Positions 1-13,699 of a stretch of 64,000 bases of DNA are shown one piece after another. The notes under the pieces were generated by a model. It was not told the DNA's origin and ran no database searches. It saw only the letters and a program-made list of their open reading frames with translations. The stretch spans positions 113,398,001-113,462,000 of the forward strand of contig OX597818.1 of assembly GCA_951406725.2 (NCBI GenBank), given 5' to 3'. Numbering within the stretch: position 1 is the first letter of the stretch; the number at the start of each line of letters is the position of its first letter. A program made the translations under genes and the position numbers. This DNA comes from Octopus vulgaris. Its lineage: Eukaryota.

Positions 1-1068
1 ATTAGCGAAAAATCTACTGGTTATATATGTAAAGCGAATCGTATACTCGTCAGTGTATTTTCCAAGCTATCAATATCAGCTTGTGTCTAAAACCTGAGAA
101 ATATCAAAATCTCTTCGGTCTAGCCAAATTTTTTAATACGATATCCGTCACAATAATAACTACGTCATGTTTAAATATTTCAGAAAATATATAATGTTTT
201 GCTGTCTGGAAACGCTGAGACAGCTATTAACTTTTGAAACACAATACCACTTTTCAACTCTTAGAAATCGTAAAAATCTTTTTGCCTTTAACCAAAGAAG
301 AATTATTGTTCGTAAAAACAAGTCGAATAATGTTCCTTCTTCAGAACTTCCTTCATTATTCTATAAAATATTTTATTCGTATGACAAAACAAGATTTTAT
401 TTTCCTATATCTTGGTAGAAAAAAATCAAAGACAGATATGATTTACTCCTGTTGTTTCGATGTTATATGGTGCGTTGAAGTATATTAGATTTGCTATTAT
501 TTTACTTCGACGTAAGTTTGTTACTATTCCACAGACTAGTAATCATGTGAGTTTCCAATAGTTTACCACGATGATAAACTTATGATTTCGAACAGAGCGG
601 ACGAACGTGCACACAACACTGCAGAAAACATTCATGACAGCTTTCGACACACTCCGTCCCGTGAGTGATGAGTTTATCTCTTAGTCATCCTAATGTAGCG
701 GAGGCAATCCCATTTGGGAAGTCACTGTGTAAGGCAAGAGGAATGGCAATAAAGAAGGTGTTAGACTATTTGATCTTTTGATAGAAAATGAAAACAAAAA
801 AGAAAATAGTCTTGTCTGGCTGAAATATCAAAATGTTGGTGATGAGAGCATAAAGTATTGGTATGAAAGTGGGTGTGGGGAAAATAAAATAAGGTCTTAA
901 GAAGTAAATTTTTTAATTCTTTTACTCGTTCCAATACTTTGGACTACGGCCATGCTAGAGCAGGAAGGAAGATGGCTGATCCCTTAAAACGTGTTGCAGA
1001 GACCCACATTGTGTGGACATGCCCTGATTCCACGTGAATTAATCTGTTAGCCAAAGGATTAAATAGAT

Positions 1069-1280
1069 TTACATTATTTACATCGACGGATATGTGTCCT
1101 TATGTTGTTTGTTGTTCGAAATTTCCCCAAGTTCGAAATTTCCCCAAGACACCTGATGAAGGCTGGAGAGTGTATCAGCCGAAACGTTGTGTTAACAACA
1201 AACAAGATGAGGACAAATATCCGTCAAATGTAAATAATGTAAATAATATGCATAATTCCTCATCTCTTAAATATAGAACT
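1069..1280 (+). mobile_element. Short non-autonomous hammerhead-bearing Penelope-type element (5'-truncated): inverted end 1069-1116, body with hammerhead, one-sided tail, 13-bp TSD
   Basis: TSD ggattaaatagat (1056-1068) / ggattgaatagat (1281-1293). 1069-1116 is an imperfect reverse complement of 1194-1242. Same family as 22059-22417. Confidence 0.85.
1147..1193 (+). ncRNA. Minimal type-I hammerhead ribozyme
   Basis: gacac-CTGATGA-a-ggctg-(10 nt)-cagcc-GAAA-cg-TT-gtgtt: canonical core, 5-bp stem II, palindromic AACGTT stem III. Confidence 0.85.
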
Positions 1281-1400
1281 GGATTGAATAGATCTTTTGC
1301 TTCGAGGTTCATTTTGGGAGAGCACAAGGGTAGCAAAACTAAGGGAGAAATGTATAATTGCGTCATAGGGTAACGAAAACCGCCATTGTGTTTTTATCAG

Positions 1401-1463
1401 GGGACTTTGTTTCTTCAGAATTTACAAGAGGGCATTTTTGCCCAATATCGCCGACTACTGCAA
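1401..1463 (+). other. Candidate short coding exon of an unknown host gene ((GTLFLQ)NLQEGIFAQYRRLLQ)
   Basis: Pyrimidine-rich AG acceptors at 1400 and 1418, GTATGT donor at 1464, open frame with length a multiple of 3; no homology recognised. Confidence 0.2.
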
Positions 1464-1919
1464 GTATGTCGTGTGAAGAGATACAGAAAAAAAAATGAAA
1501 CGTAAAATGATTGCATGTCAGTCCTGAAGAAAACAACATTTACGAATCGGTCAAAGTACAGCAAAGTAGTGAAGTATTCTTCGTCATTCCAATTTCAAAG
1601 AAAATACCCTGCTGTCACACATTCAAATTTCAGAAACAAATCATCCACCGGATAAAATGATGAAAGTCACCTGACATCATTCAGCATGTGATCGATTTAT
1701 GAGATCGGACGGCGTTCAGTATTGACAGCAGTTGTCCATTATTCCTTTTAACCTATCGCCCTGTGCACAGTTGGAAAACGATGATCTAACACGTAAACTT
1801 TATGTCTGGTGTTCTAAAATAGGTTGGCATACACACACAGAATCTCTTCTAAAAACTGGTAATGGAAGCGTCTTTTGGGAATTTTGTCATTGTTTTCCAA
1901 AAATAAAATCAATCGATAC

Positions 1920-2006
1920 ATATGTGTGTGTGTGTATGTGTGTGTGCATGTTTAAGCATACACACGAATATATAGATACGGGGGAATGAGGTGATATTAT
2001 ACATAC

Positions 2007-2099
<93 letters not shown>

Positions 2100-2140
2100 G
2101 TATATATATATATATGTATATATATGTATATATATTTATG

Positions 2141-2171
<31 letters not shown>

Positions 2172-2183
2172 GTATATATATAT

Positions 2184-2221
<38 letters not shown>

Positions 2222-2285
2222 ATTTATATATATGTATATATATATATGTATATATATATGTATATATACATGCATTCATGTATGT
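1920..2285. repeat. Compound (TG)/(TA)/(TATG) microsatellite
   Basis: Direct inspection. Confidence 0.95.
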
Positions 2286-2878
2286 GTTGGTGAGTATGTG
2301 GGAGAGGAGGTGGTGCTAAAATCTATGCTTTTTAAGGGTTAAAACTTAATTCAAAAGCCATTTATTTGTTGACATTTCATTTTATCTTACAGCATTGTAT
2401 TTGCGTGACAACCATATTGATTCTAATGGAAATAAAATTCATCCACTCAATGCGACCAAAGAAATCCCATCCACTAAAAATTCATAGCCGTAAATGCTAC
2501 AACGTTTTATCGTGCTAACATTTCGACGACCACTACCACCAACACCACCATCACCACTACCACTACTACTGCCACCACCAAAACCACTGCCATCATCGCC
2601 ACCACTGCCACCATCGCCACCACCGCCGTTCAGGTTCATATTTTCCTATATTGTTATGACTGGTCCTTATCCTGAAGATGAAAGACTGTGTAAAGGAAAA
2701 TAATTAAGTCACTACGGGAGAACATACACAACAAACACACACACATACATAGATGCACATACACTCGCATACACAATCATAGACTAACACAGACACGTAC
2801 ACAGATGCACATACACGTACATACACATATATATATATATGGGGGTATGTGTGCGTATATATATATATATATATAGAC

Positions 2879-2960
<82 letters not shown>

Positions 2961-3084
2961 ATAGATACATATATATATTCCTATATATATATATACACAT
3001 ATATATACATATATATATACATATATACCTATATATATATGCATATACATACATACATAGATACATACATGCATACATACATCC

Positions 3085-3313
3085 ATTTCTTTACTACCCA
3101 CAAGGGGCTAAACACAGAGGGGACGAACAAGGACAGACGAATGGAATAAGTCGATTACATCGACTCCAGTGCGTAACTGGTACTTAATTTATCGACCCCG
3201 AAAGGATGAAAAGCAAAGTCGACCTCGGCGGTATTTGAACTCAGAACGTAACGGCAGACGAAATACGGCTACGCATTTTACCCGGCGTGCTAACGTTTCT
3301 ACCAGCTCGCCGC

Positions 3314-3314
<1 letters not shown>
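3085..3314 (-). mobile_element. tRNA-derived SINE family A, monomer
   Basis: A-box-like head, B box GAGTTCAAAT, central gcctttcatcctttcggggtcgataaattaagtacc (Deu/Nin-domain-like); many copies in the window. Confidence 0.85.
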
Positions 3315-3378
<64 letters not shown>

Positions 3379-3439
3379 TTAAAGTGTAAGATCAAGGATA
3401 GCTAGCTTCCTGGAGATCCACAAACTCCTAAATTCAGAT

Positions 3440-3860
3440 TAGCATGGCTTTCGCTGTGGCAGCGATTGTCTAATACAGCTCTTATACGATATTGAGGATA
3501 TACTTAATTCCTTAGGAACTGGTTCAGAATCTGATGTCATACATCTTGACTTCAGTAAAGCGTTCGTCAGATTTGACAATAATATTTTACTCTCAATATT
3601 GGCAAATGTTTGAATCCGTGGAAATCTTCTACACTGGATTGAGTATTTCCTGGCGAATAGAACACAAGAAGTTGTGGTCGATGGAGTTCACTCAAGCCGA
3701 ACGAAAGTCACTAGTGATGTCTTTCAGGAATCTGTCTTGGACTCGTCCCTCTTTATAATCTACATAATCTACGTTTATGTAGATTATGTAGATTACGACC
3801 TTTCCAGCGTCGTAAACCACTGAAAAGTGAAAATATTTGCTGATGACACTAAGATAGAGG
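3440..3860 (+). pseudogene. Old degenerate CR1/L2 RT fragment
   Basis: Frameshifted pieces read YLDFSKAF, LHWIEYFLANRTQEVVVDGVHS, VTS.V.Q.SVLG, KIFADDTK. Confidence 0.7.
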
Positions 3861-4060
3861 GACCTCGAGACAACAGTGTTTGGAATTTGTTGTATGTCTT
3901 TTCATTCAAAACTCTTCTTAACCAATCAATCTACCAAGATTTGTGGCCCTTGTTTATAACAGACGTCTGTCTGAAATTAGTTGATTTTCAACAATGAGAC
4001 CAAACAGCGATTAGCATATTCACGTTCGTACGTGTTGGAACGTGTTAGGAAAGAATATAT

Positions 4061-4290
4061 ACGATGGGTGCTGAAAATTTCCTGGCTTTAAGGGTATCGC
4101 GAAAGGCCTAGTTGGAGGCCCCACCTTCCGAGTTCTTTTCCAGGGCTTAGAAAAACTGAAGGACCGATGCATGTACTTATGTGCATGCATCTAAGAGGGG
4201 AATATGTCAAATAAAATCATTTGTAACTGATCCTCCTATATTCTCTTTTACTCAAGGTCAGGAACTTTTCAGCCCCCACCCCGCCTCGGA
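4061..4290. mobile_element. mariner-type MITE
   Basis: Imperfect TIRs (acgatgggtgctgaaaatttcctgg / caggaacttttcagcccc...cctcg) with TA flanks. Confidence 0.65.
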
Positions 4291-4690
4291 TAGGTCATTT
4301 TGATTCTTAATACTCACCGTGTTCATTACAATTTATTATCGATTGGCAGACATCAGCACACATCGACAAATAATGTTTCCTGGGTTCTATAAGCATGACC
4401 CATCTGGCGATGTTTAATATGTTTACCTCAGCCGTTAAAAATTTCAAGCACGGTTCTAAATTATTGGTACCGATATAACAATTTGATTGTTGCGTTGCAA
4501 AAAAAACACTGATGTGTGCTACATTCTAAGAAAACAAGTCGGAAAATAGAGATTACGTCATCCTGAGAAAGTTGTAAAATACAGGAACTTCTTGAATAAC
4601 ACATAGCAAGGTGATCTGACATCACTTGCACAATCTTTTTGCAAACTGATTTGGTCAACAAACTATTCTATCTGCGACGTCATGGTGTAG

Positions 4691-5265
4691 ATGCAGGAAC
4701 ACAGTTCTGACTTAAGAAAGATTGTTGATGCTCATACTGCCGGAGATGGGTATAAGACAATATCTAAGAATTTTAATATGGCTACGTCAACAATTCGCAA
4801 GATAATCGTAAAGCATCGAGATACCGGTTTGTTGAAGAAGAGTGGCTGCGGTAAAAAGAAGTTCTTTTCAGAACGAGTTGTACGGGTGATAATGAAAATG
4901 GTCAACAATGGTCATGCGATAACAACTGCAACGATGAAAGCCAATTTTACCACTATCAGACTTCATGCTTCAAGGTCGACAATTACTTGAACTAATAATA
5001 AAGGTGACTAAGAGGCGGGCCGTGTCCGGAGGACGCCATTGTTAAAGAAGAAGGTCTTAACTACGTGTCTGAAATTTGCGAGGGACTTGCTAAAGATGCC
5101 TGAACGCTTTTGTGTGGTCTGACGATACAAAACGCGAGTTATTCGGTCACAACGAGAGGACTAATGCTTAAAGTGAAAGAAAAGAAGCCTACAATCCAAT
5201 GACTACCAGCCTCAGCACCAAACACGGCGGAGGCAGCATAACGTTGTGGAGCTGCTTTTCATGTC
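4691..5265 (+). pseudogene. Tc1-family transposase relic
   Basis: Paired-like HTH (EHSSDLRKIVDAH..GDGYKTISK...STIRKII), then disrupted VWSDDTK.ELFG and KHGGGSITLWSCFS. Confidence 0.85.
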
Positions 5266-5954
5266 AGATTGATTAGTCCAGAATAGCTTTGACCAAGGAG
5301 ACATACAACTAGGTTGAAACCCTGGTATATCAAAGTCCACTTACCTCAATGAACTTGTGTCTAAGAAACTCATCATGTTCGCTAGAAAGAAGTTGTTTTC
5401 TTCAATAATGAAACAAAACACCGATTAACATATTTACATTCGAAACCCCCGAAACGTATTCAGAATGGATGTGTATGTCATGGTGTGCTTGTAAACCTTA
5501 CAACATCATCGACCATGCTCCTCATTTGAAAGGTTGATAAAACGCTGTTACTTGCTACAATCAAATGTATTTTGATTATGAGAAACATTTTATTCCCTTT
5601 TAAACCATTTTACGCAAAGACACTATGTTAAGGAGCCTATTGAAATTCTGAGAGCTGCTGACCCGCGGGCGAAATTTCACCTACGTTCCAATGTGAAAAT
5701 GCTTCATAAGGATATCTGTACAAATCCTTTAAGGGAAATATTAAATAGAAGTATTAAATAGAAGTAATTTAATTAAATAGAAGTAATTTAACTGCGAATT
5801 TGCCAAATTCAAACTCTGTTATTTCTCCCATCGCACATCCATCTCCGCATGTTAATATTCATTTGTAGTTCGCCCATAAAAACTAAAAACTTTCAACAGG
5901 TTTCGCCTGCGGTATATGAAAAGCATGTTATAAAGTGTGTTATGCAGAATATAA

Positions 5955-6120
<166 letters not shown>

Positions 6121-8512
6121 CTTAACTGGATATCCGTGATGGTGGCAGTAGAACCATTAGTGTAAGGGGAGGAGTGCAGCAGTGATGGTAGCGTTAATAT
6201 CATTAGATTTTTTTTCCGCTTGATGACGGATAACAGTGTTTGTCTTTTCATCGATGATGATGGCTTTCCCGTCGTCGTAATGCAATAGCGATAATGTTGA
6301 TTATGTTGATTTATGTAACGGTTGACAATTATAGATATAATGATCTGTGGAGATGTGATTGGTTGTGGTATAGATTGCAGTTCTATCATTTCACTTGTAG
6401 TGGCTTTAGACTTGTGGCATACATGTCTCTATATTGTTAGTGATGGTCACTGTTAGGGATGGCTGTTGGCTTGTTGCGGTGATGGTTGTTAAATCGGGAC
6501 AGTTCGAAACAGAGGCAGTAAGTATTGGAAATTATACGCTTTTCATGTGAGCTACTAAAAATTCGGTCGTAATTTAGAGTAGCTAGATCATTAAAGAGTT
6601 ATTCTATTGACGTATTCGTCATCCGTTGCCCAATCAATAGTCATTCCACTTGGATTGTTCCCATGTATCATGTTTTACGACTAGCTGCTAAAATGCTGGT
6701 TAGTTGCTTGTAACACCTTATCGATATTAAAGTCCTTTTTTATATATTTTCACGCATTCACGCATCAAAGTGCGCGAGTTTTAATTTGATCTAACGAGAA
6801 CAGACTTTTCAGCAACTGCTAAGGTCCTATTACTATGCATGCACGTCAATTGGTTTATGGGGATCTTCCTTGTGTGCAATTGCGTTTCACGGGCATCTAT
6901 ATCTTTAGACAATGCTAATTAGGTCTCCATTTCACCACAGAATCTGTGCCGTTGAATTCACTTGAATAAGAAGAATATTTATACCGTTGCATATGTGTGT
7001 ATAAGTATGTATATGTGAACACCTTTGCATAAAACCTTCCACGTCGAAGCGAATTTGAACACATATGTGAGATAATGACAGTCATTATGGTTACTTCATT
7101 TGCAAGTGAACTGATTAACGTCGGACAAGTTAGATAATTTATTGACCAATCAGTTTCGCTTTCGGTAATCATTGAGAGGATGAAGTAATTTAAGCACACT
7201 GAGTTCCAATGTAATTCAAACTAATTGTTGTGGCCTTTGACTCATGCATCAGAATCTAATTGGTGTGAAACGAACATAAAATCAGTATTGGACTTTTGTT
7301 GTTAAAATTACATTTATCGATAGAACAATTTAATTACCAACAATCAGATCAGATTATACATAGATATGATAATCATTGTTGTTCATCAAAAATATTTCAA
7401 TATAATACGCTGTACTTAAACGTGAGTTGTTTAATTAAATAAAATATAAAAGGAAGCGAAACACCGATTTAGGTATGGGTGGGAGATATTTACTGATTAT
7501 TTACAATTAATTAACAATTCTTAGAATTGATTTATTCAACGGCCATTTTTATAAAGAAAGTCCTATTAAAAGTACTTTGTGATGTAATTTATTTGCATTT
7601 CCCTCGGGTAATCAGCAAAACTATATTTTTTAATACAGTTATTATATCCGTTGACCCAGACGTGGCTTCTGATTTTTAAATTCGCTTCAAATAACTTAAT
7701 CCTTTCCTTCTCTATATTTGCATTAGTCATTCGGAATACACTAGATTTTAATGGCAATTCCAGTTCTTAAGTATCAGGATTTTATTTTAAGCATAGTCAC
7801 AATTCTTCGCTATCAGAAAATATTTTAGCTGCTTTTTCCTTTTCTTTCTTTTTTTCTTTTTTTTTTCTGCTTCTGTTCAATCCTACCTAATTGAGCAGAC
7901 TTGTTATTGAACAGTTAGTCTTATATTCGGTAGAATTGTATCTAAAACCATCTAGGACTATATTATTTAATTTATTCTTTCAATTTTGGAGGGCTGTATA
8001 ACTTGAGGGAGACTTAGATGCTATTTTTAACACTTCGAGACACCCTATAGAAGCTTCCTTTGACGTTTCGTGTCTTTCGTATTTTTCTTGCTACAAAGGA
8101 GCACAGTGGCTTTGGGGACAGCTCATCAGTTTACAAGTGACTGATGATACAGTTTCAAATTCTGTCGATGACCGAGACACTTAACTTTTAAATAGTCCGT
8201 GCGCAGGTGGATAATGAAGTGTTGTTGTTCTATAACAGAATAAATAGCAACAGTGTATAATTAAAGAGCTCTTAATTAGTTAGCATTCTTCAGTTCTTCA
8301 CAGGATGTGTCGTAGAGAGAGATTGATTCTGTTTGACTGCTTCAACAAAACCCACTATAAAACCGAAAGCACCAGTAACTAAGTTAGGAACCTAAGGAAT
8401 GTGAACAATCATCAAGAACGTTGTAAATCTTAATAAACTTAAATAGATCAAACTCGGCAAAGTAAAGAGGTGGCTTTTTGTATTTTCCCAGTGATATTAG
8501 GTCACGTGTATA

Positions 8513-8810
8513 TTCTTTTCTACTCCATTCACAAGGCCCACAATTTGGATGAAGGGGCCAGTCAATTACATCGACCCCAGTACGCAACTGATACTTAATT
8601 TATTTACCTTGAAAGGATGAAAGGCGAAGTCAACCTCGGCGGAATTATAACTCAGAACTTGAAGACAGACGAAATACTTATTTCTTTATTGCCTACAAGG
8701 GGCTAAACATAGAGGGGACAAACAAGGACAGACAAAGGGATTAAGGCGATTACATCGACCCCAGTGCGTAACTGGTACTTTATTTATCGAACCCGAAAGG
8801 ATGAAACCCG
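8513..8810 (-). mobile_element. SINE family A, truncated two-unit copy
   Basis: Two successive core units, matching the other copies. Confidence 0.75.
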
Positions 8811-8814
8811 AAGA

Positions 8815-9008
8815 GTGAATCGCAGAAGGTCCCAGAATCACTTGCAGAAAACGACTTCCAGGGCGGATTCCAGATGTGACAGGAATGCTGGGGCCGGTGT
8901 ATTGCTGCACAAGGTGACTATTTCGAAGAAGATAATGTTAAAACTTAGGTAAATAACATTTTTTTTATTAAACATGAGTAGTTCGGGAACTTTTTGATAC
9001 CACCTCGT
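8815..9008 (+). mobile_element. mariner 3' end with TIR
   Basis: Reads ENDFQGGFQM*QECWGRCIAAQGDYFEE, then TIR-like cgggaactttttgataccacctcgt. Confidence 0.75.
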
Positions 9009-9806
9009 GCGTATTTGCCTACTGTGTCGTTCTGGGCTAGACCTAGCTATTGAAATGCAAATTAATCTCACCTGTTCGACAGTAATTGCGATTAAAGTAT
9101 ATTTCTAGGCTCATCCCATTTTCCAGATATATGCATATGAGTAACCCTGCGACTAGTCTTCCGATAGCGCAGATTGTTGGTCTGCTCGCCTAAACTACCC
9201 ATATGCTTCATCGTCTGGTGTGCTTAATAAATATTGTACGCAGAGCATTACTCTGCTCTTCATTTTAATCCAAATGATGCGCCCCGGCCCGCATCGATGT
9301 TCATCAGGATCATTGCTCCCTGCATCGCAATTGGCTGCCAATTTCATTGGTGTTCTATGCTGCATTGAATATAGTTGATAATTTGTGAAAGAAATCTTTA
9401 ATATTTAATCTCGGATTTAAGACAACTAGCAGTTTGCAATTCTTTTTTTTGGTTTTTTTTTCAAAATATATTTGACTTCTGTGATTGAATCCCCAACGTA
9501 ATTTCAGCCTCATTTGTTTCAACATGGATCAAACTTCTTTCCATTGTAAAGAATCTCTGTGTCGAAGATTTGCTGCCAGCTACGTGCGGAAAGCATTTCA
9601 TTCTGTTCAAGTATGCGGACTTGAAATTTATTTCAAAGAAGCCCCCTAAATACAGCTTGATCCAATACGCGTCTTTTATTCGGTAATACCAAAATCAATT
9701 TGACTATGGTGCTATTGATCTAGTCGTTCATTTCTGTGCGATCGATTTTTGTTCTTTTTAGTATTTACTTTTTTAGCATCACGCTAATATTTTAATTTCA
9801 CCTTTA

Positions 9807-10020
9807 TGGCAGCGAACTGGCAGAATCGTTAGCAGACTGGACAAATTACTTAACAGTATTTCGCCCGTCGCTACGTTCTGAGTTCAAATTCCGCCGAGGT
9901 TGACTTCACCTTTCATCCTTTCGGGGTCGATAAATTAAGTACCAGTTGACTACTGGAGAAGATCGTATCGACTACCCTCTCCTCCAAATTTCTGTCCTTG
10001 TTCCAATAATAAAGAGGATT
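9807..10020 (+). mobile_element. SINE family A (tail type B)
   Basis: tggcagaatcgttagc ... gagttcaaattccgccgagg ... gcctttcatcc-type core. Confidence 0.8.
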
Positions 10021-11424
10021 ATGTTAATTTCACGTCTCATCGTTTCCATTTTATAGGGTCCGGTTAGTTCAGGAATAGTGGAAGAAAAACTGTTCTCTTT
10101 CCACGGTACTTAACATACAAGTACCTATCTCAGAAGCCTTGTTGTCCTCAATAAAGCAGTTTTCTAAACATGTTCTACCTACATATCAATCCCAATTTCT
10201 CAAAAAACTTTCTCAAACCTGGTTGTTAATGCTCTCGGTGACCCTACAACTACTGGGATTGACAATGGCTCGTGCTTCTCAATCTTTTCCAGTTCTTTAC
10301 CATCTACTATGTTTTATATTGAGCTGACTTTTGACTGATCTGACGATTTTGTCAAATTCGCTGTCAGTTAGACTTTTATTTTCTAGAATATCACGTCTTA
10401 CAGCTCCTAGTTTGTTACTGTCCATGCACAGCCTGCTATGCAAGTTTTTGCACCACCAGATATTATAGGTCTCTTTTTTTGTGTGTGGTTGATGTTACTG
10501 GGTATAGTGCTGAATAATAATAAGCATACATAACTTCCATATATTCCTCTTTAGACCATTTCTGACTTGCATTTCTATTTCTTTGAGATAGGTTTGGTAG
10601 TTGATCCTGAGAGTCAGTTTCAGGAATATCCCAGGTTTGATTTGCAACATGTTCTTGAGAGGAGGTTAGTCCTGATTTAAAGACTTTTCGAGCTCAGTGT
10701 CAGAATCTAATGTCACTGATGAACGCGTTCTCCGAACAACACGTGTACTAGAGGGTATTTCCATGGTTGGTATCCGGGGCCGTGCTATAAGCACACAGGG
10801 TTAACTAGTTGCCTGGTCCCTTGGGTAAGGTTCAGAGATCCTAGACATCATCATTATCCGGGAAGGGGTGGAATTTATTTTGAGAAATTTTAAATTAGTT
10901 CATGTCATGACATGCCACCTGAAGGGTGTCAAATAGCAGGCCGACAGAATTCATGTAGCATCGTTGAAAGAGGCTGATAGTGAATTGACAGCCAGAGAGA
11001 GGCAGAGACAGGGAGACAAAAGACAGAACCGGCATACAGTCTCCGAGCTATTTCCGGTAGAATGGCGTTGGCGGCGGCGGCGGTGGTAGAAGTGGAAATG
11101 GGAATGTATATGATCTGTCATCAGGATGTAAACGCAGTCGCAGGTGTTTGTCTCCAGGCAAATTACTATAATCATTGTTATTATTAGTAGTAGTAGCAGT
11201 AGCAGCAGTAGTAACAGTAGTAGTGCAATCACGAAGCAAAAGAAGCGTCACACACTTGCAGTCAGCAAAGGTCAAACGTGTGCACTACTACAAGCGACCA
11301 ATGAGATGGCTGACCTTGGACTTGGAAAGGGCCAGCTCAGCTTGTTCTGTGGAATTAAAAATAGAAAAAAATAAATATAGAAAAACATAACAATAATAAT
11401 ACGCACACGCACACACACATACAC

Positions 11425-11474
<50 letters not shown>

Positions 11475-11636
11475 GTGTGTGTGATTGTGTATAGAAGAAT
11501 ATATTAATAAAAAGAATTCCAACCTTGTCTGATTTTCACGTTTTATTTACAATCTTATAATGATATATTATAAGATAATATATTATAATTGAATAAAATA
11601 AAATGAAATAGTAGAATGTTAAATATTCATTCTGAT

Positions 11637-11681
11637 TGAACTAGTACTTTCATGCATTGAATTCTGCAATCTTCGGGTTCA
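11637..11681 (-). ncRNA. Mirror copy of the Penelope pLTR hammerhead
   Basis: Exact reverse complement of 16347-16391. Confidence 0.7.
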
Positions 11682-12175
11682 TGTAGTAGTGTTGACAGTC
11701 ATGCTTCACAATTTTTGACTGTAGCAAGATGAGTGATTCTGTGCTATAAATACAGCTGGGTAGGCTCCAGAGTGCTAGGTTTTGCAAACTGTATTCTGAC
11801 CAATCAGTGTGTAGTATCACTCAATTACTTAAGCTGATTGGTTGGTTGAGCTGATTGGTTTAGGCATCACGCTTTGTTGGACAGGTCAAGAGTCCTGTAT
11901 CTTGACCCTGGCCGAAGCAGCAATTGTTGGGTTATTTTTAGAAATGTTGTAAATATCCTTTGTCAGAGATTTTTATATTTTTATATTTCAATTGTCATCA
12001 TCATCATTGTCAGCACCTTAATTATTGTTGCTAGTGGTGATGGTGGTGGCAATAGAACTTTTAACCCTAAATAAGATAATTTTCCTGCTATCTTCGTCTT
12101 GATCACCTTTAGTATTGTTGTTGTTGTTAGTGGTCATGGTCGTAGCAGTGGAAGTAATACCTCTAAGTATTATTA

Positions 12176-12796
12176 TTATTGCTTATTTAGCTTGGGTTCG
12201 AATTTATCAATAAAATTCTTTTCTCTGATTTTCCTCTCGATTTCACTTGGGCTGTGTAATTTGTAGAATGGAAATATTATATATATTTTCCGACCACATG
12301 TTGCTAGGTGGTTACTCAAAGGTATCTGACGGACCTCTGGGTCTCTAATCTGTTGCCGGTGTACACGTGAGCGTTCTAATAGTGCGTTTCCCGTCTGACC
12401 TACATATATTTCTTCACAATTTGGGCATTTGATGCAGTAAATTAAATTTCTGCTTTTGCAGTTCATATTCGCGTTTGTGAATATTTTCCCGGTTTTTGTG
12501 TTTATATATTGACCGGTATGTATGAATTGGCATGTGCCACATCGGCTATCATTGCATTTAGATACCGTGAATGTTTGGTCTTTGTTGCTGAGGTCAAATT
12601 TTGCCTTTGTTAGTAATGTTTTCAAGTTTTTAGGCTGTCTTTTACTAAGCACCATAGCTCGATCCTTGATTATGTCTTTTAATTCATTACTTTGGGCAAT
12701 GATTGGTAGTTTTGCTTTGGCAATGTTGAAGATATTCTGGTGACATGGGTTGTGTGTCACTATGAATGGTATGACTTGTTCTTGTTTTCCTCTTCC
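12176..12796 (-). CDS. Linker + intact GIY-YIG (Uri) endonuclease of the left arm
   Basis: NLIYCIKCPNCEEIYVGQTG (GIY...YIG with CxxC), R..VH, NHL, RE..FIDKFEP.LN. The extra Cys-rich linker CNDSRCGTC is typical of Neptune-clade PLEs. Confidence 0.88.
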   Translation of the reverse strand, partial: GRGKQEQVIPFIVTHNPCHQNIFNIAKAKLPIIAQSNELKDIIKDRAMVLSKRQPKNLKTLLTKAKFDLSNKDQTFTVSKCNDSRCGTCQFIHTGQYINTKTGKIFTNANMNCKSRNLIYCIKCPNCEEIYVGQTGNALLERSRVHRQQIRDPEVRQIPLSNHLATCGRKIYIIFPFYKLHSPSEIERKIREKNFIDKFEPKLNKQ

Positions 12797-13699
12797 TTAG
12801 GTTGTCCTAAGTTGTTGTATAGGTATTTTTATAGCCCGCTGTATGCCATTTTCTATAAGTAGAGATGGGTATTTTTGTTTGAGCAAAAATTCTCTTAGTT
12901 CTATTAGGCGTTTGTTCCTGATATTTGCATCTTCTACAATAGTACAAATTCTTCTGGCTAGGCAGTATGGGATGTTACGTTTTGTATGTGGTGGATGGCA
13001 CGACTTAAAATTTAGGTATTGATGTGTGTCTGTGTGTTTATAGTATATATCTGTGGTGATGGTGGTGTCTTTTTTAATTACCATTATATCCAGGAATGGT
13101 AATTTGGTACTACTCATCTCCTTTGTAAATTTGAGAGATGGGTGTAGGTTGTTCAGGAGGATATTGAACTCTTCCAGAGTATTTAGAGATTCTGTCCAGA
13201 TTATGAAACAGTCGTCTAGGTATCTCTTCCATGCCTTTTCAATATACTTTCTAAATCCAGTGCCATAGTTTACCTCCACCTCTTGGTAGAGTTGTTCTTC
13301 TAAGTATCCCATTACAGAGTTGGCGTAAACGGGAGCAAACCTCGTTCCCATCGCCGTGCCTCTAATTTGGATGTAATTCTTTCCATTGAAGAAGAATGTG
13401 TTATTTTCTAGAATAAGTTTGACTGTGTCTAATATAAATGGCACTGTGAATCTGCTGGGAATCACTTCTCTATGTTTTTCTAACCAGTATTTAATCGCCT
13501 TTATTCCTAAATCGTGTGGAATATTTGTGTAGAGGCTTACCACATCAAAACTTAGCAAAACTGAATTTGTTTCTGTTGTTTTGGGAAGATGGGACAGGAA
13601 GTCGATGTCATCCCTGATGAAACTTGGTATGTAAGTACATAGTGGTTTCAAAACAATGTCAATAAAATTGCTTAGACGGTGTGTAGGGCATGCTGGACC
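12797..13699 (-). CDS. Inverted copy of the C-terminal part of the Penelope RT (starts at GPACPTH)
   Basis: Protein identical to the right arm except EEFN/EKFN; ends at the same TAA. Confidence 0.85.
   Translation of the reverse strand, partial: GPACPTHRLSNFIDIVLKPLCTYIPSFIRDDIDFLSHLPKTTETNSVLLSFDVVSLYTNIPHDLGIKAIKYWLEKHREVIPSRFTVPFILDTVKLILENNTFFFNGKNYIQIRGTAMGTRFAPVYANSVMGYLEEQLYQEVEVNYGTGFRKYIEKAWKRYLDDCFIIWTESLNTLEEFNILLNNLHPSLKFTKEMSSTKLPFLDIMVIKKDTTITTDIYYKHTDTHQYLNFKSCHPPHTKRNIPYCLARRICTIVEDANIRNKRLIELREFLLKQKYPSLLIENGIQRAIKIPIQQLRTT

Noticed and set aside
1991-2342. The many YI/CV/HT-rich and homopolymer ORFs in the track (also 33-36 kb, 46-47 kb, 55 kb, 62-63 kb)
   Set aside because: Translations of microsatellites that lack stop codons; not proteins.
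10030-10760. Possible retroelement coding relic on the minus strand
   Set aside because: Too degenerate to assign.
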